Positions 39,101 to 51,339 of a stretch of 64,000 nt of DNA are shown piece by piece. The DNA lies in the NCBI GenBank assembly GCA_964016885.1, contig OZ024740.1:7440001-7504000 (forward strand), written 5' to 3'. A program made the translations under genes and the position numbers. The notes beneath the pieces were generated by a model, which saw only the letters and a list, made by a program, of their open reading frames with translations, was not told where the DNA came from and did no database searches. Positions within the stretch are counted from its first letter, which is position 1, and the number at the start of each line of letters is the position of its first letter. The DNA is from Eledone cirrhosa (Eukaryota).

Positions 39101-42100
39101 TGTCAGTTTCTATTGGTATATCAGTTTCGATTGTTATATCAATTTCAATTAGTATATCAGTTTCTATTGGTACGTTAGTTTCTATTGGTATATCAGTTTC
39201 GATAGGTATATCAGTTTCGTTTGGTATGTCAGTTTCGATTGGTATATCAGTTTCTATTGCTATATCTGTTTCTATTGGTATGTCAGTTTCGATTGGTATG
39301 TCAATTTCTATTGGTATGTCAGTTTCGATTGGTATGTCAGTTTCGATTGGTATATCAGTTTCGATTGGTATGTCAGTTTCTATTAGTATATCAGTTTCGA
39401 TTGGTATATCAGTTTCGATTGATATGTTAGTTTCAATTGGTATATCAGTTTAGATTCATATATCAGGTTCGATTAGTATGTCAGTTTCTATTGGTATAAC
39501 AGTTTCGATTGTTATATCAATTTCAATTAGTATATCAGTTTCTATTGGTACGTTAGTTTCTATTGGTATATCAGTTTCGATAGGTATATCAGTTTCGTTT
39601 GGTATGTCAGTTTCGGTTGGTATATCAGTTTCTATTGCTATATCTGTTTCTATTGTTATCTCAGTTTCGATTGATATGTCAGTTTCTATTGGTATATCAG
39701 TTTCGATTATTATATCAGTTACTATTGGTATGTCAGTTTTGATTGGTATGTCAGTTTCGATTGGTATATCTGTTTCGATTGGTATGTCAGTTTCGATGAG
39801 TATATCAGTTTCTATAGGTATGTCAGTTTCTATTAGTATATCAGTTTCGATTGGTATATCAGTTTTGATTGGTATGTCAGTTTCGATTGGTATATCAGAT
39901 TCTATTGGTATGTCAGTTTCGATTGGTATGTCAATTTCGATTGGTATATCAGTTTCGATTTGTATGTCAGTTTCTATAGGTATGTCAGTTTCGATTAGTA
40001 TATCAGTTTAGATTGGTATATCAGTTTCTATTGGTATGACAGTTTCGATTGGTATATCAGTTACGATTTGTATGTCAGTTTGGATAGGTATGTCAGTTTC
40101 GATTGGTAAGTCAGTTTCGATTGGTATGTCAATTTCGATTGGTATATCAGTTTCGATTGGTATGTCAGTTTCGATTGGTATATCAGTTTCGATTGGTATA
40201 TCAGTTTTGATTAGTATGTCAGTTTCTATTGGTATGTCAGTTTCGATTAGTAGATCTGTTTCTATTGATATGTCAGTTTCGATTGGTATGTCAGATTCTA
40301 TTAGTATATCAGTTTCGATTGGTATATCAGTTTCGATTGGTATGTCAGTTTCGATTGGTATATCAGTTTCTATAGGTATGTCAGTTTCTATTAGTATATC
40401 AGTTTCGATTGGTATATCAGTTTCGTTTGGTATGTCAGTTTCGATTGGTATATCAGTTTCTATTGCTATATCTGTTTCTATTGTTATGTCAGTTTCGATT
40501 GGTATGTCAATTTCTATTGGTATGTCAGTTTCGATTGGTATGTCAGTTTCGATTGGTATGTCAGTTTGGATAGGTATGTCAGTTTCGATTGGTATGTCAG
40601 TTTCGATTGGTATGTCAATTTCGATTGGTTTATCAGTTTCAATTGGTATATCAGTTTCGATTGGTATGTCAGTTTGGATAGGTATGTCAGTTTCGATTGG
40701 TATGTCAGTTTCGATTGGTATGTCAGTTTCTATTGGTATATCAGTTTCGATTGGTATGTCAGTTTCTATTGGTATGTCAGTTTCGATTATTATATCAGTT
40801 ACTATTGGTATGTCAGTTTTGATTGGTATGTCAGTTTCTATTCGTATATCTGTTTCGATTGGTATGTCAGTTTCGATGAGTACATCAGTTTCTATAGGTA
40901 TGTCAGTTTCTATTAGTATATCAGTTTCGTTGGTATATCAGTTTTGATTGGTATGTCAGTTTTGATTGGTATATCAGTTTCTATTGGCATGTCAGTTTCG
41001 ATTGGTATGTCAATTTCTATTGGTATATCAGTTTCGATTAGTATGTCAGTTTCTATTGGTATGTCAGTTTCGATTAGTATATGAGTTTAGATTGGTATAT
41101 CAGTTTCTATTGGTATGACAGTTTCGATTGGTATATCAGTTTCGATTGGTATATGAGTTTCGATTGGTATATCAGTGTCTATTGGTATATCAGTTTCTAT
41201 TGGTATATCAGTTTCGATTAGTATGTCAGTTTGGATAGGTATGTCAGTTTCGATTGGTATGTTAGTTTCGATAGGTATGTCAATTTCGATTGGTATATCA
41301 GTTTCGATTGGTATATAAGTTTCGATTGGTATGTCAGTTTGGATAGGTATGTCAGTTTGGATAGGTATGTCAGTTTAGATTGGTATGTCAATTTCGATTG
41401 GTATATCAGTTTCGATTGGTATGTCAGTTTCGATTGGTATATCAGTTTCGATTGGTATATCAGTTTCGATTAGTATGTCTGTTTCTATTGGTATGTCAGT
41501 TTCGATTAGTATATCTGTTTCTATTGATATGTCAGTTTCGATTGGTATGTCAGATTCTATTCGTATATCAGTTTCGATTGGTATGTCAGTTTCGATTGGT
41601 ATATCAGTTTCTATTGGTATGTCAGTTTTGATTGGTATAGCAGTTTCTATTGGTATGTCAGTTTCGATTGGTATGTCAGTTTCTATTGGTATATCAGTTT
41701 CGATTGGTATGTCAGTTTCTATTGGTATGTCAGTTTCGATTATTATATCAGTTACTATTGGTATGTCAGTTTTGATTGGTATGTCAGTTTCTATTGGTAT
41801 ATCTGTTTCGATTGGTATGTCAGTTTCTATTAGTATATCAGTTTCTATAGGTATGTCAGTTTCTATTAGTATATCAGTTTCGATTGGTATGTCAGTTTCG
41901 ATTGGTATAGTAGTCTCTATTGGTATATCAGTTTAGATTCATATATCAGTTTCGATTAGTATGTCAGTTTCGATTGGTATGTCAGTTTTGATTGGTATGT
42001 CAGTTTCTATTGGTATATCAGTTTCGATTGGTATGTCAGTTTCTATTGGAAAGTCAGTTTCGATTATTATATCAGTTACTATTGGTATGTCAGTTTTGAT

Positions 42101-42600
42101 TGGTATGTCAGTTTCTATTGGTATATCTGTTTCGATTGGTATGTCAGTTTCGATTAGTATATCAGTTTCTATAGGTATGTCAGTTTCTATTAGTATATCA
42201 GTTTCTATTGGTATATCTGTTTCAATTGGTATATCAGTTTCGATTGGTATGTCAGTTTCGATTGGTATATCAGTTTCTATTGGTAAATCAGTTTAGATTC
42301 ATATATCAGTTTCGATTAGTATGTCAGTTTCTATTGGTATATCAGTTTCGATTGTTATATCAATTTCAATTAGTATATCAGTTTCTATTGGTACGTTAGT
42401 TTCTATTGGTATATCAGTTTCGATAGGTATATCAGTTTCGTTTGGTATGTCAGTTTCGATTGGTATATCAGTTTCTATTGCTATATCTGTTTCTATTGGT
42501 ATGTCAGTTTCGATTGGTATGTCAATTTCTATTGGTATGTCAGTTTCGATTGGTATGTCAGTTTCGATTGGTATATCAGTTTCGATTGGTATGTCAGTTT
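36146..42600 (+). repeat. Tandem duplication of a 3221-bp satellite block (179 monomers minus 1 bp)
   Basis: Pseudo-ORFs at 36257/39478, 36815/40036, 38010/41231 and 39100/42321 are all offset by 3221. The same 1-bp deletion (TTTCGTTGG) occurs near 37708 and 40929. Confidence 0.85.
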
Positions 42601-44012
42601 GGATAGGTATGACAGTTTCGATTGGTATGTCAATTTCGATTGGTTTATCAGTTTCAATTGGTATATCAATTTCGATTGGTATGTCAGTTTGTATAGGTAT
42701 GTCAGTTTCGATTGGTATGTCAGTTTCGATTGGTATATCAGTTTCGATTAGTATGTCAGTTTGGATAGGTATGTCAGTTTCGATTGGTATGTCAGTTTCG
42801 ATAGGTATGTCAATTTCGATTGGTATATCAGTTTCGATTGGTATATAAGTTTCGATTGGTATGTCAGTTTGGATAGGTATGTCAGTTTGGATAGGTATGT
42901 CAGTTTAGATTGGTATGTCAATTTCGATTGGTATATCAGTTTCGATTGGTATGTCAGTTTCGATTGGTATATCAGTTTCGATTAGTATGTCAGTTTGGAT
43001 TGGTATGTCAATTTCAATTGGTATATCAGTTTCGGTTAGTATGTCAGTTTCTAATGGTATATCAGTTTCGATTGGTATATCTGTTTCGATTGGTATGTCA
43101 GTTTCGATTGGTATATCAGTTTCGATTGGTATGTCAGTTTCGATTAGTATATCAGTTACTATTGATATGTGCGTTTCTATTGGTATATCAGTTTCGATTG
43201 GTATATCAGTTTCGATTAGTATGTCAGTTTCTATTGGCATGTCAGATTCGATTAGTATACCAGTTTCTATTGGTATGTCAGTTTCGATTGGTATGTCAGT
43301 TTAGATTTTTATATCAGTTTCTATTGGTATGACAGTTTCGATTGGTATATCAGTTTCGATTGGTATGTCAGTTTCGATTGGTATGTCAGTTTCGATTGGT
43401 ATGTCAGTTTCGATTGGTATGTCAATTTCGATTGGTATATCAGTTTCGATTGGTATATCAGTTTCGATTGGTATGTCAATTTCGATTGGTATATAAGTTT
43501 CGATTGGTATATCAGTTTCGATTGGTATGTCAGTTTGGATAGGTATGTCAGTTTCGATTGGTATGTCAGTTTTAATTGGTATGTCAATTTCGATTGGTTT
43601 ATCAGTTTTGATTGATATATCAGTTTCGATTTGTATGTCAGTTTGGATAGATATGTCAATTACGATTGGTATCTCAGTTTTGATTAGTATATTAGTTTCT
43701 ATTGGCATTTCGGTTTCTATTGGTATATCAGTTTCGGTTGGTATGTCAGTTTCTATTAGTATGTCAGTTTCTATTGGTATGTCAGTTTAGATTCATATAT
43801 CAGTTTCGATTAGTATGTCAGTTTGGATAGGTATGTCAGTTTCGATTGGTATGTCAGTTTTAATTGGTATGTCAATTTCGATTGGTTTATCAGTTTTGAT
43901 TGATATATCAGTTTCGATTTGTATGTCAGTTTGGATAGGTATGTCAGTTTCGATTGGTATGTCATTTTCGATTGGTAAGTCAGTTTCAATTGGTATGTCA
44001 ATTTCGATTGGT

Positions 44013-44132
44013 ACCTGCCAGACAGTCCTATGCGAGCAAGACAATCACTCTTGCCTCAAGTGGGACTACCCCCGTCCAAACCCATGCAAGCGTGGAACAC
44101 GGACGTTAAACGTTGATGATGATGATGATGAT
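44013..44132 (+). mobile_element. Severely 5'-truncated (120 bp) copy of the RTE LINE 3' end
   Basis: Identical by eye to 3125-3226 followed by (GAT)6. The matching empty-site context (ATTTCGATTGGT/ATCTCAGTTTTGATTAGTATATTAG) is seen near 46513-46549. Confidence 0.95.
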
Positions 44133-45744
44133 CTCAGTTTTGATTAGTATATTAGTTTCTATTGGCATTTCGGTTTCTATTGGTATATCAGTTTCGGTTG
44201 GTATGTCAGTTTCTATTAGTATGTCAGTTTCTATTGGTATATCAGTTTAGATTCATATATCAGTTTCGATTGGTATATCATTTTCTATTGGTATGTCAGT
44301 TTCGATTGGTATGTCAGTTTCGATTGGTATGTCAATTTCAATTAGTATATCAGTTTCTATTGGTATGTTAGTTTCTATTGGTATATCAGTTTCGATAGGT
44401 ATATCAGTTTCGTTTGGTATGTCAGTTTCGATTGGTATATCAGTTTCTATTGCTATATCTGTTTCTATTGGTATGTCAGTTTCGATTGGTATGTCAATTT
44501 CTATTGGTATGTCAGTTTCGATTGGTATGCCAGTTTCGATTGGTATATCAGTTTCGATTGGTATGTCAGTTTGGATAGGTATGTCAGTTTCGATTGGTAT
44601 GTCAGTTTTAATTGGTATGTCAATTTCGATTGGTTTATCAGTTTTGATTGATATATCAGTTTCGATTTGTATGTCAGTTTGGATAGGTATGTCAGTTTCG
44701 ATTGGTATGTATGTTTCGATTGGTAAGTCAGTTTCGATTGGTATGTCAATTTCAATTGGTATCTCAGTTTTGATTAGTATATTAGTTTCTATTGGCATTT
44801 CGGTTTCTATTGGTATATCAGTTTCGGTTGGTATGTCAGTTTCTATTAGTATGTCAGTTTCTATTGGTATGTCAGTTTCGATTAGTATATCAGTTTCTAT
44901 TGATATGTCTGTTTCGATTGTTATATCAGATTCTATTGGTATATCAGTTTTGATTGGTATATCAGTTTCGATTGGTATATCAGTTTCTATTGGTATATCA
45001 GTTTCTATTGGTGTCACAGTTTCAATTGGTATATCAGTTTGGATTGGTATGTCAGTTTGGATCGGTATGTCAGTTTGGATTGGTATGTCAGTTTGGGTTG
45101 GTATGTCAGTTTCGATTGGTATGTCAATTTCGATTGGTATATCAATTTTGATTAGTATGTCAGTTTCTATTGGTATATCAGTTTCGATTGGTATATCAGT
45201 TTCGATTGGTATAGCAGTTTCGATTGGTATATCAGTTTCGATTGGTATGTCAGTTTCGATTAGTATATCAGTTTCAATTGTTATATCAGATTCGATTATT
45301 ATGTCAGTTTCGATTAGTATATCAGTTTCTATTGCTATGTCAGTTTCGATTCGTATATCAGTTTCTATTGGTATATCAGTTTCTATTGGTATGTCAGTTT
45401 CGATTGTTATGTCAGTTTCTATTGGTATATCAGTTTCGATTGGTATGTTAGTTTCTATTGGTATGTCAGTTTCGATTAGTATATTAGTTTCTATTGGTTT
45501 GTCAGTTTCGATTGGTATATCAGTTTCGATTGGTATGTCAGTTTGGATAGGTATGTCAGTTTCGATTGGTATGTCAGTTTAGATTGGTATGTCAATTTCG
45601 ATTGGTTTATCAGTTTCAATTGGTATATCAGTTTCGATTGGTATGTCAGTTTGGATAGGTATGTCAGTTTCGATTGGTATGTCAGTTTCGATTGGTATAG
45701 CAGTTTCTATTGGTATGTCAGTTTAGATTGGTATGTCAGTTTCT

Positions 45745-48700
45745 ATTGGTATATCAGTTTCGATTGGTATGTCAGTTTCTATTGGTATGTCAGTTTCGAT
45801 TATTATATCAGTTACTATTAGTATGTCAGTTTTGATTGGTATGTCAGTTTCTATTGGTATATCTGTTTCGATCGGTATGTCAGTTTCGATTAGTATATCA
45901 GTTTCTACAGGTATGTCAGTTTCTATTAGTATATCAGTTTCGATTGGTATATCAGTTTCGATTGGTATGTCAGTTTCGATTGGTATATTAGTTTCTATTG
46001 GTATATCAGTTTAGATTCATATATCAGTTTCGATTAGTATGTCAGTTTCTATTGGTATATCAGTTTCGATTGTTATATCAGTTTCGATTGGTATATCATT
46101 TTCTATTGGTATGTCAGTTTCGATTGGTATGTCAGTTTCGATTGGTATGTCAATTTCAATTAGTATATCAGTTTCTATTGGTATGTTAGTTTCTATTGGT
46201 ATATCAGTTTCGATAGGTATATCAGTTTCGTTTGGTATGTCAGTTTCGATTGGTATATCAGGTTCTATTGCTATATCTGTTTCTATTGGTATGTCAGTTT
46301 CGATTGGTATGTCAATTTCTATTGGTATGTCAGTTTCGATTGGTATGCCAGTTTCGATTGGTATATCAGTTTCGATTGGTATGTCAGTTTGGATAGGTAT
46401 GTCAGTTTCGATTGGTATGTCAGTTTTAATTGGTATGTCAATTTCGATTGGTTTCTCAGTTTTGATTGATATATCAGTTTCGATTTGTATGTCAGTTTGG
46501 ATAGGTATGTCAATTTCGATTGGTATCTCAGTTTTGATTAGTATATTAGTTTCTATTGGCATTTCGGTTTCTATTGGTATATCAGTTTCGGTTGGTATGT
46601 CAGTTTCTATTAGTATGTCAGTTTCTATTGGTATGTCTGTTTCGATTGTTATATCAGATTCTATTGGTATATCAGTTTTGATTGGTATATCAGTTTCGAT
46701 TGGTATATCAGTTTCTATTGGTATATCAGTTTCTATTGGTATGTCAGTTTTGATTGGTATATCAGTTTTGATTGGTATGTCAATTTCAATTAGTATATCA
46801 GTTTCTATTGGTATGTTAGTTTCTATTGGTATATCAGTTTCGATAGGTATATCAGTTTCGTTTGGTATGTCAGTTTCGATTGGTATGTCAATTTCGATTG
46901 GTATATTAGTTTCGATTAATATGTCAGTTTCTATTGCTATATCAGTTTCTATTGGTATGTCAGTTTCGATTGGCATGTCAGTTTCGATTGGTATATCAGT
47001 TCGATTGGTATGTCAGTTTCTATTGGTATGTAAGTTTCGATTATTATATCTGTTACTATTAGTATGTCAGTTTCGATTGGTTTGTCAGTTTCTATTGGTA
47101 TATCAGTTTCTACTGGTATGACAGTTTCGATTGGTATATCAGTTTCGATTGGTATATCAGTTTCGATTGGTATGTCAATTTAGATTGGTATATTAGTTTC
47201 GATTAGTATATCAGTTTCTATTGGTATATCAGTATCTAGTGGTATGTCAGTTTCGATAGGTATGTCTGTTTCTATTGGTATAACAGATTCGATTGGTATG
47301 TCAGTTTCTATTGGTATGTCAGTTTCAATTATTATATCAGTTACTATTGGTATAACAGTTTCGATTGGTATGTCAGTTTATATTGGTATATCAGTTTCTA
47401 TTGGTGTCACAGTTTCAATTGGTATATCAGTTTGGATTGGTATGTCAGTTTGGATCGGTATGTCAGTTTGGATTGGTATGTCAGTTTGGGTTGGTATGTC
47501 AGTTTCGATTGGTATGTCAATTTCGATTGGTATATCAATTTTGATTAGTATGTCAGTTTCTATTGGTATATCAGTTTCGATTGGTATATCAGTTTCGATT
47601 GGTATAGCAGTTTCGATTGGTATATCAGTTTCGATTGGTATGTCAGTTTCGATTAGTATATCAGTTTCAATTGTTATATCAGATTCGATTATTATGTCAG
47701 TTTCGATTAGTATATCAGTTTCTATTGCTATGTCAGTTTCGATTCGTATATCAGTTTCTATTGGTATATCAGTTTCTATTGGTATGTCAGTTTCGATTGT
47801 TATGTCAGTTTCTATTGGTATATCAGTTTCGATTGGTATGTTAGTTTCTATTGGTATGTCAGTTTCGATTAGTATATCAGTTTCTATTGGTTTGTCAGTT
47901 TCGATTGGTATATCAGTTTCGATTGGTATGTCAGTTTGGATAGGTATGTCAGTTTCGATTGGTACGTCAGTTTCGATTGGTATGTCAATTTCGATTGGTA
48001 TATCAGTTTCGATTGGTATATCAGTTTCGATTGGTATGTCAGTTTGGATAGGTATGTCAGTTTCGATTGGTATGTCAGTTTCGATTGGTAAGTCAGTTTC
48101 GATTGGTATGTCAATTTCGATTGGTATATCAGTTTCGATTGGTATGTCACTTTCATTTGGTATATCAGTTTCGATTGGTATCTCAGTTTTGATTAGTATA
48201 TTAGTTTCTATTGGTATGTCGGTTTCTATTGGTATATCAGTTTCGATTGGTATATCAGTTTTGATTAGTATGTCAGTTTCTATTGGTATGTTAGTTTCGA
48301 TTGGTATATCAGTTTCGATTGGTATATCAGTTTCGATTGATATGTCAGTTTCGATTAGTATATCAGTTTCTATTGGTATGTCAGTTTCTATTGGTATATC
48401 AGTTTCGATTGGTATATCAGTTTCGATTAGTATGTCAGTCTCTATTGGTATGTCAGTTTCGATTAGTATATCAGTTTCTATTGGTATGTCAGTTTTGATT
48501 GGTATATCATTTTCAATTGGTATATCAGTTTCGATTGGTATATCAGTTTCGATTGGTATGTCAGTTTCTATTGGTATGTCAGTTTCGATTATTATATCAG
48601 TTACTATTAGTATGTCAGTTTTGATTGGTATGTCAGTTTCTATTGGTATATCTGTTTCGATCGGTATGTCAGTTTCGATTAGTATATCAGTTTCTACAGG

Positions 48701-51339
48701 TATGTCAGTTTCTATTAGTATATCAGTTTCGATTGGTATATCAGTTTCGATTGGTATGTCAGTTTCGATTGGTATATTAGTTTCTATTGGTATATCAGTT
48801 TAGATTCATATATCAGTTTCGATTAGTATGTCAGTTTCTATTGGTATATCAGTTTCGATTGTTATATCAGTTTCGATTGGTATATCATTTTCTATTGGTA
48901 TGTCAGTTTCGATTGGTATGTCAGTTTCGATTGGTATGTCAATTTCAATTAGTATATCAGTTTCTATTGGTATGTTAGTTTCTATTGGTATATCAGTTTC
49001 GATAGGTATATCAGTTTCGTTTGGTATGTCAGTTTCGATTGGTATATCAGGTTCTATTGCTATATCTGTTTCTATTGGTATGTCAGTTTCGATTGGTATG
49101 TCAATTTCTATTGGTATGTCAGTTTCGATTGGTATGCCAGTTTCGATTGGTATATCAGTTTCGATTGGTATGTCAGTTTGGATAGGTATGTCAGTTTCGA
49201 TTGGTATGTCAGTTTTAATTGGTATGTCAATTTCGATTGGTTTCTCAGTTTTGATTGATATATCAGTTTCGATTTGTATGTCAGTTTGGATAGGTATGTC
49301 AATTTCGATTGGTATCTCAGTTTTGATTAGTATATTAGTTTCTATTGGCATTTCGGTTTCTATTGGTATATCAGTTTCGGTTGGTATGTCAGTTTCTATT
49401 AGTATGTCAGTTTCTATTGGTATGTCTGTTTCGATTGTTATATCAGATTCTATTGGTATATCAGTTTTGATTGGTATATCAGTTTCGATTGGTATATCAG
49501 TTTCTATTGGTATATCAGTTTCTATTGGTATGTCAGTTTTGATTGGTATATCAGTTTTGATTGGTATGTCAATTTCAATTAGTATATCAGTTTCTATTGG
49601 TATGTTAGTTTCTATTGGTATATCAGTTTCGATAGGTATATCAGTTTCGTTTGGTATGTCAGTTTCGATTGGTATGTCAATTTCGATTGGTATATTAGTT
49701 TCGATTAATATGTCAGTTTCTATTGCTATATCAGTTTCTATTGGTATGTCAGTTTCGATTGGCATGTCAGTTTCGATTGGTATATCAGTTCGATTGGTAT
49801 GTCAGTTTCTATTGGTATGTAAGTTTCGATTATTATATCTGTTACTATTAGTATGTCAGTTTCGATTGGTTTGTCAGTTTCTATTGGTATATCAGTTTCT
49901 ACTGGTATGACAGTTTCGATTGGTATATCAGTTTCGATTGGTATATCAGTTTCGATTGGTATGTCAATTTAGATTGGTATATTAGTTTCGATTAGTATAT
50001 CAGTTTCTATTGGTATATCAGTATCTAGTGGTATGTCAGTTTCGATAGGTATGTCTGTTTCTATTGGTATAACAGATTCGATTGGTATGTCAGTTTCTAT
50101 TGGTATGTCAGTTTCAATTATTATATCAGTTACTATTGGTATAACAGTTTCGATTGGTATGTCAGTTTATATTGGTATATCAGTTTCTATTGGTGTCACA
50201 GTTTCAATTGGTATATCAGTTTGGATTGGTATGTCAGTTTGGATCGGTATGTCAGTTTGGATTGGTATGTCAGTTTGGGTTGGTATGTCAGTTTCGATTG
50301 GTATGTCAATTTCGATTGGTATATCAATTTTGATTAGTATGTCAGTTTCTATTGGTATATCAGTTTCGATTGGTATATCAGTTTCGATTGGTATAGCAGT
50401 TTCGATTGGTATATCAGTTTCGATTGGTATGTCAGTTTCGATTAGTATATCAGTTTCAATTGTTATATCAGATTCGATTATTATGTCAGTTTCGATTAGT
50501 ATATCAGTTTCTATTGCTATGTCAGTTTCGATTCGTATATCAGTTTCTATTGGTATATCAGTTTCTATTGGTATGTCAGTTTCGATTGTTATGTCAGTTT
50601 CTATTGGTATATCAGTTTCGATTGGTATGTTAGTTTCTATTGGTATGTCAGTTTCGATTAGTATATCAGTTTCTATTGGTTTGTCAGTTTCGATTGGTAT
50701 ATCAGTTTCGATTGGTATGTCAGTTTGGATAGGTATGTCAGTTTCGATTGGTACGTCAGTTTCGATTGGTATGTCAATTTCGATTGGTATATCAGTTTCG
50801 ATTGGTATATCAGTTTCGATTGGTATGTCAGTTTGGATAGGTATGTCAGTTTCGATTGGTATGTCAGTTTCGATTGGTAAGTCAGTTTCGATTGGTATGT
50901 CAATTTCGATTGGTATATCAGTTTCGATTGGTATGTCACTTTCATTTGGTATATCAGTTTCGATTGGTATCTCAGTTTTGATTAGTATATTAGTTTCTAT
51001 TGGTATGTCGGTTTCTATTGGTATATCAGTTTCGATTGGTATATCAGTTTTGATTAGTATGTCAGTTTCTATTGGTATGTTAGTTTCGATTGGTATATCA
51101 GTTTCGATTGGTATATCAGTTTCGATTGATATGTCAGTTTCGATTAGTATATCAGTTTCTATTGGTATGTCAGTTTCTATTGGTATATCAGTTTCGATTG
51201 GTATATCAGTTTCGATTAGTATGTCAGTCTCTATTGGTATGTCAGTTTCGATTAGTATATCAGTTTCTATTGGTATGTCAGTTTTGATTGGTATATCATT
51301 TTCAATTGGTATATCAGTTTCGATTGGTATATCAGTTTC
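45745..51339 (+). repeat. Tandem duplication of a 2789-bp satellite block (155 monomers minus 1 bp)
   Basis: Pseudo-ORFs at 46039/48828, 47244/50033 and 48301/51090 are offset by 2789. A shared 1-bp deletion (CAGTTCGATT) occurs near 47000 and 49789. Confidence 0.85.
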
